This document shows positions 50,980 to 63,663 of a DNA stretch of 64,000 nt, piece by piece. Position 1 is the first letter of the stretch, and the number at the start of each line of letters is the position of its first letter. The translations under genes were made by a program, and so were the position numbers. Where the stretch lies: positions 19,344,001 to 19,408,000 of the forward strand of contig CM022679.1 in the NCBI GenBank assembly GCA_012295275.1, written 5' to 3'. The notes beneath the pieces are model-generated. The model was not told the DNA's origin. It searched no databases and saw nothing but the letters and a program-made list of their open reading frames with translations. The DNA is from Chrysomallon squamiferum. Its lineage: Eukaryota; Animalia; Mollusca.

Positions 50980-53900
50980 CTGAAATATTAATAAAATACA
51001 CATTCAGATCATTCAGTGCACAGTTTTGACACATGATGTTTTTCTTAAAGGAAATTCTGAAGAGACAGTACAGTGTACCAATATTTTATTTGAAACAAAT
51101 TTATTTCAAAATCTATCCTTAATATTAAAATTTGTTTAAAATAATTGGCAGTATGTTGATTTTTTTTTTTACCTGTCATTAACATTTGTAATAGTGGCTG
51201 GAATTCAGATATTTTGGAGTTTTAGAACTTATTTTTGAAAAGTCATCAATACAAATACTCATCCCTTTATATTTTATGCACTATGGTAATAAATGTTTCA
51301 TAGTCTGAATGTAACATAATTTATAGTTAACATCCAAGATGAGAAGGTAAGCAACAAACCTCATGACAGTCTGTTCCTGTTACAAAATGTGTCCAGATCC
51401 ATGGATGTTTCACAATTTCAGCTAGCAGAGAGAATGATGAAGCTCGGACATAACTGTCAGTGTCAGTATAACATTTCCAAGCTGATTCAACAATTTTAGA
51501 GTCAGCCATTTGGGTTAAAATTGCCTCATTATCTGTTAAAATCAAGAATGATTACATCTATAAAATTAATTCATTCTGTATAATTATAGAATTTGAAAAT
51601 TATCATTATTATTTTTATCAGTGAAGAATAATGAAAAAGAAAACTTGACAAAATAAAAAAGTGTTTTCCATACAAACAACTTCTACATTTTACACTGCTA
51701 TTGTATCCAGTATTCCAAAGTTTATTCTGAACCATTTGTATACAAGAATATGAAATCATGTTGAAAAAAACCCACACCTTTGAATTGGATAATTAGTTTT
51801 TTAATTCCCTCTATAGCAGTGTCTCGGATCTCCCACTGTGTATCAACCAGTCGTTTCTCTAACAACACTGTCAGCCTGGGTAAACTCTGAGACAGACTTT
51901 TCTTATCACATCTAGACATCATTGACAACTCAGATAGTGCACAGTTCTGACCAATTTCATACATCTATATGAAAAAGAAAAAACCTGCCATACTATTTTC
52001 TTTTTGTGAAAGGAAAGGGTTTTTTTTTTTTTTTTTTTTTTTTTAAATAAATGTTCTTTTGGATTTGTTTTCATTATTCAAATTTACACACATCTGACTT
52101 TCAGCTAGGAAACAAATATAAACAAATATATGATACAAAAGCAAATGTTTCTAAAAGTGATATGTTAAAAACAGTTACATAAAGAGTAACTGTAATAAGA
52201 TTATAATCTAATAACCTTGGCATCAACTTGGGGCTGGCTGATGATGTTCAAAGTAACATCAACAACCTGAGATAAACAAGACTGCTGCAGCATATCAGTA
52301 TCTTAAAAGAAAATGAAACAACTATACACACTGTAAAGTTTCCTTACATTAAAGAAATTATTTTTTAATTATTTTTACTTAAGAGAAAAATGTAAAAAGT
52401 TTTTAGTGAGTTAAAAAATAAAATATTTAGTGAGGATGTCTTTTCAGTTAAAAAATTTAGATTTTTGATGGGTTTTAATTACTATTCCAAATTATTTTGA
52501 TTATTTGAGTAATTATTATTATACTTTTTACTTGCTTATTTATTTATTTGCTGGGTTTTGTTTTTGGTTTAGTTTTTTTGTTTAATGCCAAGAAGAATTT
52601 CATAATACTGAGAATGTGAATAAGATTGACATTTTAAGGATAAATCTACTTGCCTTTCTTAATTTTCTTTATTAAAGAAAACAACAAATAATTTTATATG
52701 ATGCTTATCTTACCCGCAAGTTGGATAATGGTGGACATAAGCTTCAACTGCAATTTGGTGTTACCAATTAAATTAACAATATGAGGACATTTGAAAACTT
52801 CCAATTTGCTGTTTACATCTGTACAAGCCAACAGACTGACGATCATTTCATGACTATCAGGCTAGAAAAATAAAAATAATAATTCCAAAATAAAACATAT
52901 CTACTGTGTTAATTTACATTGAAATTATTAATATTTGAACAAATTTAGCATTGGCACAAATATGTAACAGGGAAATGGTTTGATCTTTTCAGTGTGAAAT
53001 TTATTCATATTATTTTAATGCACATTCAATAAATAATTATTCAAAAGAACAAATATGTGTATATATGTGTGTGTGTGTTTTACAATAAGCCTTAAATTTG
53101 ATTGAACATTTTAAAAAGTAAATAACTCATTTTACCAAACATACAAATATTAACTTAATATTAGTTTTTACACATTGAAATGTATTTTAAAACCAACTTA
53201 CATCACGTGATATAATATCTACACTTTGCAGAAGAAGTTTAACAAATGTTGGCTTTTTGCAAACAATTTCACCAACTATATGAACCTCATTTTTGCTGAC
53301 AGTATCAGCATGGAAGAGAAACAAGAGAGGAAGATGGCTGATTCTTTTCAGTCTTGTTGAATAATCATTATTTAGTTTGACACTAAAATAAAAATAACAA
53401 TTTCAAACATCAATAATAACATACATGTATATATCCACACACACACACACACAACACAAACACACACACACAACACAAACACATGAGGAATTATAGATTA
53501 GTAATTATGGACGTATAATTTAAGACTATATTACATTCTTATGTTTAATACACTTTCACTTGACATTCAAAATTTATAAAGAATTATGAAGTTTGTCTAA
53601 AGATACTGTACAACCAAATGTTATTCATATCTATTCAGTCAAACTGAATGCAGTTTTTCTGTTTTTAAACCTTTTTTTAAATGAAATAAATATCACCCAT
53701 CTTTTTATACATAGTCAAACTTTTGTCTTCCAACCATCAATTAAATGAATTTTTGATCATCCAAAAATGATTTCACTCTTGAATGTTTCATTAGCCAGTG
53801 TAATATGACACTTGAAAATAATACTTGTGCTTCTATTTTGTCTTCTGTTTACAATGTTTAGCAGTGAGTTCAAATTACCGAATGACATACAAAGCAGTTG

Positions 53901-56687
53901 CATCAAACATAAAAAGAAATGTTATCAAAAGTACCCAATGTCAGTTGATCTGCTAATTTTATCTCAGTCAGTCACTTTAAACAGATACAAAAATCAACTG
54001 ATGTGCTGAAGGATTTAAAAGTATGACACAGTCTGCTGTGTGTTCACTCACTGTGATTTGTTACAAGTTTATTGCTTTCCCTGTCTGTGAAGAGAATTTG
54101 AACTTTGCTGACAACTGATGAGAAAAGCAAAATTTTACCTATGTGGATCACTGTGAAAAGGCAACAGACATTGTAAAGGAGTAATTGTATTCACTAATGC
54201 TTCCTTTTTCATAAATGAAATAAAATACTCCCCACCCATCCAGTCTGGGTAACCAAGGTTTAACTATGTACATATACATATTTAAAAAGTAAAAAAACAG
54301 ATGAAAAAATAGAATATATTTTCAAGATGATGCAAATTTCTTTTAGTTGTTTTTTTTTATACCTTTTTAATTAATAAATTATGTATCTACTGATTTCATG
54401 AAAATATTGATTTTTGTAATTTAAAGAAACTTCATGAATATCTTGAACCTTTTCTGCAACTCTGTTGCTAGTTTGTGTTTTGCAAGGAAATTGGTGTACA
54501 ATGATCCATCCTCAAATTGTGGAAGAACAACATTAGACAAAATTGTTTCTCTTTCTTCTTCTTTACTGAAATTTAATAAATCCAGAAATATTATTTAAAT
54601 TAAAAATTTATAACAAAATTGAAAAAGAATTGTAAAGGGAAAACAGAAAAAGTAAAATATAAACAATGAAAAAAAAATATTAAAATTAAAAAATATATTA
54701 TATTCTTTTTATTTATTTTTTGAGTGGCATTAGCAACTAGCAACAAGAAATTTTGTTGTTGTTTTTTAGGATATAATGACAGATATCAAGAAATATTACT
54801 TTATTTTAGTTCCTATTTCATTGGAATTATGTTAACCCACTACTAAGCAATGGTTTTTGTCATACCTTTTGTAATTCAAAACCAGTAACTTTAATTAAAT
54901 AATCAGCAATTTACCAGCAATTTAGGATCTTAATTAAAAGATTTTCTATGATAGTTTGTAAATTATTTTGCTCATTGACATATATCTGCAGCAGCCATTT
55001 TCCCACTTGGTGAGTGTCATCTGAGAATAACTGCAGGGTTTGAGGAGAGTCTGCCAACATATCAGTCCACAGATCTAAAAGACAGTTCAAGGTCATATCA
55101 CCTGTGACATCTGTAAACATATAAAACAGAAATATTCATTAAAATTCTGTTTTCTTCCTTACTTCGTCATGATAACAACAGATAGTCAAATGCATTCAAG
55201 ACTGAAGTGCATAAAAACAATTAATTGGCACATAAGAATGTTTTTGTAACTTGTAACAATAAATGCAAGTTAATTCATATTATTAGTTGTACAGGCATCC
55301 AGCATAATAAAATCTTTCAGTTTCATTTTTATCATTTAAATCAATTGAGAGGGCTGATAAAATACTGTCAAATATTAGTAATAATAAGAGATAACCCAAC
55401 ATGTTATACATTTTCTGAAAGCTGAAAAATTTGCTATCATGTATATTTTATTATAATTTGGCCAACAATGTTATTTATACCTGACATTGGTTAAAAGGAA
55501 GACAAAAAGGAAGATTCAAAAAAATGTTACTGAAATTTTAAAATGTCTGATATAAGACTCAGTGTACATGCAATAATTTATTAGCCAACATTCAAAAATA
55601 GAACAACAACTGGATACTATTTCTGAATGGAAAATCCCTGTACATAAATGCAGGTCTCATAGCCATGTTTTATTTATTGTAGATAAACATTATATACAGA
55701 AGTCTGAAAGGTTTAATGTAAACAGGGGATTTTTTGTGTGTTTTTTTACCTTTATGATTGGAACATTCATGTAGAGACTTCATGAAATCATCAGCAAGTG
55801 TTTTGGTCAGTGTTTCCAGAAAAATATTTGATTCTGGTTTGTTTTCATAAGCTGTGTACATATTTCCAATAGTTGCAACAAGGAATTGTCTGGCTGCACT
55901 TTGATGGAAAAGACTTCCATTTCCTTTAATAGTAAAATATGCTTCCTGGATATGATCTGAAATTAAAATTAAAAAATATGTGTGTGCATGCATGAGCACA
56001 TATTTTAACTTGTCTATATGTAAACATTATACATGTAAATAACGAAATAATATGTTTTTGAAACATGTTAAAACAAAATTAAATAATGGAAAGAAAAATA
56101 TGCACCAGTTCTTATAAACCAAATGGATATAAAGTATATTTTTTTGAACAAATTCAAAAAATATCTCAAAATAATTATCAGAAGAAGCATCAAGTGTATG
56201 CTATATTCTTTTTCTTTTTTTTTTTTTTTTTTAAGGGTTTGAAATGAAACTAAAAGCTACCCTGAATAAACTCTTCAAAAGAAAGCCATTGAAGTTTTTG
56301 GCTAAGCAAAGTCAAACTTTTAAAATATGCAGTGCCTATTGATGGATCATCTATCAATCTCTTCTTGTTCACAGTTTTATACAGTAGACACACAAGATAA
56401 CAATTTGCTTTGTAGAAACTAGTTTCTGCAGCTGCAATGCCACACACAGAAAGAGCAAATGTTACAATGCTTGGTTCCAGCAGCTCAATATTTTGAACCA
56501 CAGATTGTAGAAATTGAACCAGGATCCTTCCAGTCTCATCTGGTTTATTAGTATCTGGCAAAGAAAAAATATATATTTAAAAATACATATTAGTTATTAC
56601 TGTGGCATTTTGAATTAATCAAATGTAATTATTAATTAGTTATTGAAAATATTTAGCCTGTAATATGAAATACAATAATAACAACAA

Positions 56688-56737
<50 letters not shown>

Positions 56738-57154
56738 AAATATTAAGTATGTATATATAAAATATATTTTTTTTATTATTATTTTATTTATTAATTATTT
56801 TTATTTTTATTTTTTACTAGTTGTAAAATATATGTCATCTTTTTTAATTCTAATTTTTTATAACAATTTAAAAAAAAAAAAAATAGAGTCATGAAAAAGA
56901 TATAATAAATATCTATGCATGTACGGGTAATGGAAAGAGCGATTCAAATTCAATCCATTTCCAAATTTAAAACTATCCGGTTTTTAGAGGGGCCCCAAAT
57001 CATTCACGTATATGTTTTGACCATACGTTCGTGTACCCTTACATGCATCGTGTATTAAGTCTAGTAGTCTCTGCAAGCTTGTGTCATCCGAAACTGGATT
57101 TTTTAAACGCAGAAAAAGTTTTAACACATCTGAAAGTTTGCTAGTGAAATTCAT
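50314..57154 (-). CDS. BRAT1: BRCA1-associated ATM activator 1 / Integrator cleavage-module assembly factor (ARM/HEAT repeats); about 788 aa
   Basis: Exons on minus: 57154-57043 (alternative donor at 57037; MNFTSKLSDVLKLFLRLKNPVSDDTSLQRLLDLI, resembling the BRAT1 PVADDTCLEKLLDW motif), 56554-56261, 55956-55750, 55110-54915, 54565-54449, 53382-53202, 52861-52714, 52301-52216, 51964-51778 (LEKRLVDTQWEIRDTAIE), 51532-51360 (DTDSYVRAS), 50979-50314 (DSEAFARRAA..DFDWEVK..AIDCY*). The C-terminal DCY is characteristic of BRAT1. Confidence 0.9.
53437..53483. repeat. Interrupted (CA)n microsatellite
   Basis: Direct reading of the sequence. Confidence 0.85.
56688..56736. repeat. (ATT)n microsatellite
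   Basis: Direct reading of the sequence. Confidence 0.9.
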
Positions 57155-57263
57155 GGTCTAGAACGTAAAAGACACAAGAGAAGATAACTCCAATCTTGTT
57201 CCTGCTATTCGGCCATTTTCTTTATAGCTCCACTACCGGGGCACGTCAAGGGCATATTCAACA
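57155..57263. promoter_or_regulatory. Bidirectional promoter and 5'UTR region shared by BRAT1 and UQCRC2
   Basis: Only 109 bp lie between the divergent ATGs and the region is locally CpG-rich. It contains CCAAT (57190-57194), YY1-like GGCCATTTT (57211-57219) and CRE-like ACGTCA (57243-57248). Confidence 0.75.
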
Positions 57264-60200
57264 ATGGCATCACGAGCATGTAGAACGCTTGCAAGACCAT
57301 TGCAGGTAATTCTCGATAATGGTTTACACTATATTTGGGCAACGAGTTAAACTAAAACTAAAATTTGAACGCAGTGTTGGTTAAAATATTCGTTAAATTT
57401 AACATGTTGCGAAAACAAATCACATAACCTCTGATAATCAAACATGATTAACATCGTGACGATTAATATTCGGATTGTGGCAGTTTTAAGCATAGCATGC
57501 TGACACGGGATTATCATTTAATAATGCCATGAAATATTCATCAGCAATAAATTATGTTTTTCTTTAAACTAAATTGTTTATAGTCAGAGCCTAGTGTATG
57601 TTAGAATTGTTATTCAGTGATCATCTATCATTCAATCAATGTGAATGTCATTAATTATTCAATGTCATTATAGTTATGCAAATATGTGGATCAGTAATAA
57701 TAATATTCAACCTATGATTAAACAAATAACATTGCTGTATTAAATTATATTAAATATTAAGGAAACTGTGTGGATTTTTAGTTTCAGAAATAAGTTTTTT
57801 GCCATTGAGGCAGTGTGACCGAGAATGCAAGCTTATTTTAATTTCGAAATAATGTGCAGTTAGCATTAGTTAATGAAAGGCAATGACTTTAAATCACATG
57901 CATCATGATCATGTTGATCATGAAGTGATTTGAAAAAAGGACAACAGCTAATATTTGATGTCTGATCAAAATCCTTTAATTGAAGTGTTGCTTCTAAACT
58001 TTAACACATGAAATTCGGGAAATAACCATAAAATGAATGAAAAATAAACAAAAAATGTTTATTTTAATATATGTCCGTATAACTTTTAATTTTATTTGAT
58101 TAAAAATTGTCAGCAACCTGATAAGATTTGACTTCTGTTATCCATTTAGGGAATGGTCATTAAAAGTAATGAATTTATATTCATCTAAGTCCAGTTTTTG
58201 AAAATTTGAATAATTTTGTCAGTTTAATAGTTTTATGGAAAATAAGTTGAATGTTTTTTAATTGTTTTTGTTTTCAATCACTGAGACACTGATTACGGTT
58301 TTACCTTTTACTCTTTTTGGTGTGAATGTCTTTGAAATGAGCAGCTTTATTTCAAGTAAGTTATTAAATTTAGATTTTAAAATGTGTATTTTTAAATAAA
58401 CATTTCATCTTTTTAGGGTCGAGTATTTTCCAGCCAGGCTGCACCTGCAAGATCAGAACCATCACCATCTTTGCCAAAACAAGGACCTAAGGTTTTGTAT
58501 ATGTGTATCAAGAATGGAATTATTTGAAACAAATTCTGTTAAAATATATATTTTTTAATTTACAAATACTCTTCAGTGTGAATGAATATTTTAGTGGTGT
58601 TCATTTTTTTAAATTATTTTTTTTATTTTAATTTAAAAAAAGTTAAACATTCTATCATGCATAATATTTTTTTCACAGTTTAATGATATAATGATGTTTT
58701 CTTATTTTCAGTTGACTAAGCTGTCAAATGGAGTTCTTGTTGCTTCCCTTGAAAACTATGCTCCTGTAGCTAGAGTGTCTGTTGTTGTCAATGGGGGCTC
58801 CAGGTTTGAAGAAGGTCAAGATGTTGGAGTCACCCACTGTCTCAGGATTGCTGCTGGACTGGTATTATAAATATAACTTGTTTCATTACAAAATCTTAAT
58901 ATTAATTACTAAAGTACAGATGATATAAATGTTTCAAAAAAGAAAAGAAAAAGAAAGTTATGATCTGATTTGTTGTTCTTGCTGAACACATTTGTCTAAT
59001 TGCAGACTAATGCCAAGTCTACAAAGTTTGGAATTACTAAAAACATTCAACAAATTGGTGGTGACATGAAGTGAGTTTTGTATTTCTTTCATTACAATAA
59101 TGTTAACTTCAAATATTAGCCATGCATTTCACAATAAATAAAAATGGAGGTTAAACATGTTTTGAAATATTAAAATATCACCTAAAATCTTTTATTTTAA
59201 TGAAGTTACATAACTAGTGTTCTTTCAGATCTAACAACTTCAGTAAAATATTTTGAGCTATATTTTCTTTTTGATAAACATACTAAATCAAAAATGTTTT
59301 TATTATCAGTTTAAAAAGAAAAAGTCAGAATATTTATGTTCAGTTAAGTTTATTTATTTATTCATTCATTTGTTTTTGTTTTGTGTTTTTCATTTACCTT
59401 GCTGTGAACATAATACTATTTGTTTAGTCTGTATATTTTACTGGTTATTGCACTTCCACTGACATTGACTTTCAGGTGCATGTCATCCAGAGAGTACATG
59501 TATTACACTGTTGAATGTAACAGAGATCATGCGTAAGTAAACAGCTCACAAAATCTAACTTATAAATTAACCATTTGAAGTATTTAAAGATTAAGAAGAG
59601 CATCTGATCTGTTATTTACACAAAGTAGAATGAAGTATCTTTAAGGTTTTCTTTTTAATGTAAAATGGATATGGAGAAATTTTTTTATGTGCTAAGTTGT
59701 CATTGAATAAACATACAAATAAGAAAGAAAAATGATGAAGAATTATGGTTTTAAACAGAAAATACAGTTTTTACTGAGTTCTTTAATGAACAGTTTGAAC
59801 TATTATACCTGTAACTTGTAAATCTAAATTATATCTATTTAAAAACGCATTTCAGACCAGTAGCAATGAACTATCTGAGAGACATCACTACAACTCCAGC
59901 TTTTAAACCATGGGAGGTATCAGATGTTCAGTCCCAGTTGAGATTGGACTTGGCCATCATGAAAACTCAGCCACATGTCCGTAAGTTTTATGTGTTCAAA
60001 TCACAACCATAATCTGTTGAAATGTATCAGAAATAGAATGTGAAATGCAGATGATCTAAAATCTGGACCAGTTAAAATTACATTGAAATATTATTTACAC
60101 AGAAAAATAACTCTGTTTTATTTACTTATATTTGAACAAAAGGTTTTTACATTATTGAAATTCTAAAACAAATTATTTATTATTTAAGTTATTTGCAGTA

Positions 60201-62623
60201 GGGGGCAATAATAACACTGACAAATGGATATTTTAGCAAATGATTTGTTATATCTGTAGATCTTTATTTCAATTTGTTTCATGTGTTAAAATGTCTACAG
60301 TCCCACAGGTTCTTAATATCCATAAAAGTTCAGCATTTCATAGATGTTAAATTTAAATACTTAAATACCCTTGTATTTCAGGAGGATGTTCAAAAGTCAA
60401 TAAAAATCTATAAAAAAAAAATATGTTTGATGTTTACCAAAATTCTGTTGATCATGTTTCTTATACCAGTGTTTCAATCAGAAAAAAGTTTTTTCTGAAT
60501 TCCTTTGCTGAATGTATTGTCGGCTGTGGTATGAGAGCACCCAAGTGCTGATCACTGTTTGATGCTTTGATCTTAATCCAACATTATGGTTTATCTGCAT
60601 ATCATGTAGCTCCTGAGAGATCTATAAAATCATAATTATCTGGCCCTTATAAGTTTTAAAGTCCACATATGTGAATAATGTAGACAAATAAAAGTATTTT
60701 TGTTGATTTTTCTTTATTTACATTGGTCCTCTTATTTAATATAAATTTCTCATAATTATATTTGTTTTGTTTTTAGGAGTTTTTGAAATGCTACACAAGG
60801 CTGCTTTCAGAAATGCACTTGGAAACTCTTTGTATGCACCTAAGCATATGATTGGCAAGTTCTCAAGTGAACAGGTACACATGTCACTTGCTGTTATTTG
60901 TAAAGTTCAGTAAATCTGTTTCAAATTAATTTACATTAAATTGTTACCAAAATACATCATTAAACCTCATCTTATAATTATTATTATTGTTATTTTCATT
61001 ATTATTAAATTATTAACTGTTTATACTTATATATAAAACAAAAATCTTTCAAGATAGAACTCATCACTTATAGAAACCTCTATAGAGCATTATATGTATG
61101 TTAAACAGTGTTTTTATTCACTAAAAATAAGATAATTTCTTTTTTCGTCACTGTATGGCTTTTAAACATTTGTTAAAACTATGACAGCTAATGCACTATG
61201 TCAAGAACTACTATACAAGTGGTCGTATGGCCGTGGTTGGAGTTGGAGTGGATCACGATTACCTAGTATCAGAGGCAAATAAATTGAAACCATTTGACAG
61301 CACTGGTGCTGAAGGCGCAAAAGCCCAGTATCATGGAGGTTAGTTTCCATATTTGGGAGGGGGGGGGCGCGAGTCTAATTTTTATTGGTTTTTAGTTTTA
61401 TTGTGGGGTTTTTTGCTAAAATAATTTCATGAAATAGGAAAAGTAAATAATGAAATAAATTTTTAATCATGCAGCATATTTATTTTTATCATATTTTTAA
61501 AAATATAAATATTAAATTATTTTGATATTTTCATGTAACTCAAATGTATTAGTATATTTTTATATTTTATTTTAGGTGAGCTCAGAAAAGCCACAGACTC
61601 AGAGTTAACATATTCTGCCATAGCAGTAGAAGGTCCAAGGTAGGTATTTGTTTCATTCATGTTCTGATTTTTCAGCTCAAAACTTTTTCTGTTTCTTTTT
61701 ATTACAGTTTTTATTTAAAACTGAAAAGAACCATTTTGAAAGGCATATATTTTTTTTATAACAGTTCCACTTGGTAGAAGTAATAAAATAAATTATATTT
61801 TTGATATTTTGATAAGGAGTCATTAATCTGTAATAAATCATTTTAAATGGTATTCACTGGCAAAATCTTCATTTCTTTATCTTAATAGTTATTAAAATTC
61901 TTTCAGTCTTGCAAGTAAAGATCTGTTGAGTTCTGGAATTCTTCAACATGTAATGGGAATTGGTCCACATGTGAAGTGGGGAACAGACAACTCGTCAAGA
62001 GTTGGTCATGCAGTCAGTCAGTGTACTGGATTGCCTCGTGCTGTGAGTGTTGTTTTTAGTTTTCTTGGTACAGATGTGATGTTGTATATGAACACAAACA
62101 CATTGTAAAACATGTCCAGATGTATACATTAGTGTGTATTATCTGGCAAATATTCTCTAAAATTAGGAGGAAAACGGATATTAAAGTTTATTTGCATTAC
62201 ATATATTTGTGTTCTCTTAATTTATCAGTAAGATGTTTATCAATCAGTATATGAATTATTTTCAATTAATGTCAGCATTTTGAAGTGCTTGATTGTTTGA
62301 AGAACAATTGTTTTGTAATAAAAATGTTAAAATTATTTTTTGATCACCTTGTAGGTGTCATGTTTCAGTGCTAATTACACTGATGGTGGCTTGTTTGGAT
62401 TCTTTGCCATCACTCAGCCTGAGGATTCAGAGAAGGTAAATTTGAGATAAGAGTATAAACTAAAAAGTTAATTTTGTTGTTCAGTTTTCTTCTAAATTAC
62501 TATGATCTTTTTTTTTTTTTTCCTTCTGTCTTTAAGAGATAATGTTAAAAGAAAAAAGTAGTGTTTTAATCAACCAGGATATATTATTTTTCATTCACAA
62601 AATTAATTTCTGTGACTAATAAG

Positions 62624-62662
<39 letters not shown>

Positions 62663-63663
62663 TTTGTTTGTCATTACCATTAAACATCTTTTTCTATTTG
62701 TAATTTCAGGTTTTGAAGACTGTTACTGAACAATTTGTTTCTTTAACCAAAACAGGCATCAAGGATGAGGAATTTTCTAGAGCCAAGTATGTTTTTGTTT
62801 TATTAAACGTTTGACAAATACTGTTCATACATAATTGTCAGTAGCATACCTTCTGGTGTAAGTTTCATTTTTAAACAATTAGATTTCATTCAAGTTTAAT
62901 AGCTCCAGTCTAAAAGTTTTTGTATTTTAAAAATAAATGAATCAAAGTGGTGCCACTGATCATTGCAGTTTAGGAACAGTTACATTTATTGTACTGTTTA
63001 ACTTAGTTTGGTTTCATGTCAGGAATATTCATATTTAAATTAATTTATTCCTTTAAAATATTTAATTTGTTTTTGTAATTTTCAGAACTCAGCTGAAGAG
63101 TCAAATTGCCATGTTTTTTGAAAAGAATGACAACATTTTGATTGATCTGGCAGAGCAGGCTCTTGGACACCAGCAAATTACCTCCATGGAGGAAATCTTT
63201 AAACTTGTGGATGGTGTTGCCAAAGATGATGTGGTCAAAGTAAGTATAAATAATTCCAAATGTTTAGTTGCTAGATCATAGAATGACCACTGACAGTTTG
63301 AAGACATTGTTAGAGGTAGCAAAGAAAATTCAGTTATTTAAATTATGTAATGGAGGCTAATGTTAGATTCTTGTTTGTTTTTTTAGCAGTTAACTATTAA
63401 ATAAAACAGCTGGATATTTTCTTAAATGACATTTGTTGTTTTCACCAATGACTTTAGAATACAGAGACCTGTGATTAAGAACATTTGTCATCATTTATCT
63501 AGATGTTTTATTGACAATCCTGATAATTATTAAACTTTTTAATTTTATTTTTATTATTATTATTCTTTTGCAGCTGGCTGCCAAAATGGTTAAAGGAAAA
63601 CCATCCATGGCAACCCTCGGCAACATCTCCAAGACACCATATGTTGATCAGTTGTACAAATAA
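57264..63663 (+). CDS. UQCRC2: Cytochrome b-c1 complex subunit 2 (core protein II), mitochondrial; inactive M16 peptidase fold; about 454 aa
   Basis: 14 exons: 57264-57305 (MASRACRTLARPLQ, Arg-rich presequence), 58417-58491, 58712-58861 (LTKLSNGVLVASLENYAPVARVSVVVNGGSRFE..GVTHCLR, no HXXEH), 59006-59070, 59476-59532, 59856-59980 (TTPAFKPWEV), 60777-60874 (EMLHKAAFRNALGNSLY), 61188-61338, 61576-61639, 61907-62042 (LQHVMGIGPHVKWG), 62355-62435 (ANYTDGGLFG), 62710-62786, 63086-63239, 63574-63663 (KPSMATLGNISKTPYVDQLYK*). Confidence 0.95.
62625..62658. repeat. (TA)n microsatellite
   Basis: Direct reading of the sequence. Confidence 0.9.

Noticed and set aside
54116-54165. CTGATGA...GAAA resembling a hammerhead ribozyme core
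   Set aside because: There is no convincing stem II between the motifs and no stem I/III with an NUH cleavage site.
57891-57931. Hairpin aaatcac..tcatgatca-tgt-tgatcatga..gtgattt in UQCRC2 intron 1 as a miRNA precursor
   Set aside because: The stem is too short and interrupted for a pre-miRNA and is built from short CATGAT repeats.
57264-63663. Alternative identity as mitochondrial processing peptidase (PMPCA/PMPCB) or UQCRC1
   Set aside because: It has HCLRI instead of HXXEH and lacks the MPP-alpha glycine-rich loop, while the GPHVKWG motif and the length match UQCRC2.
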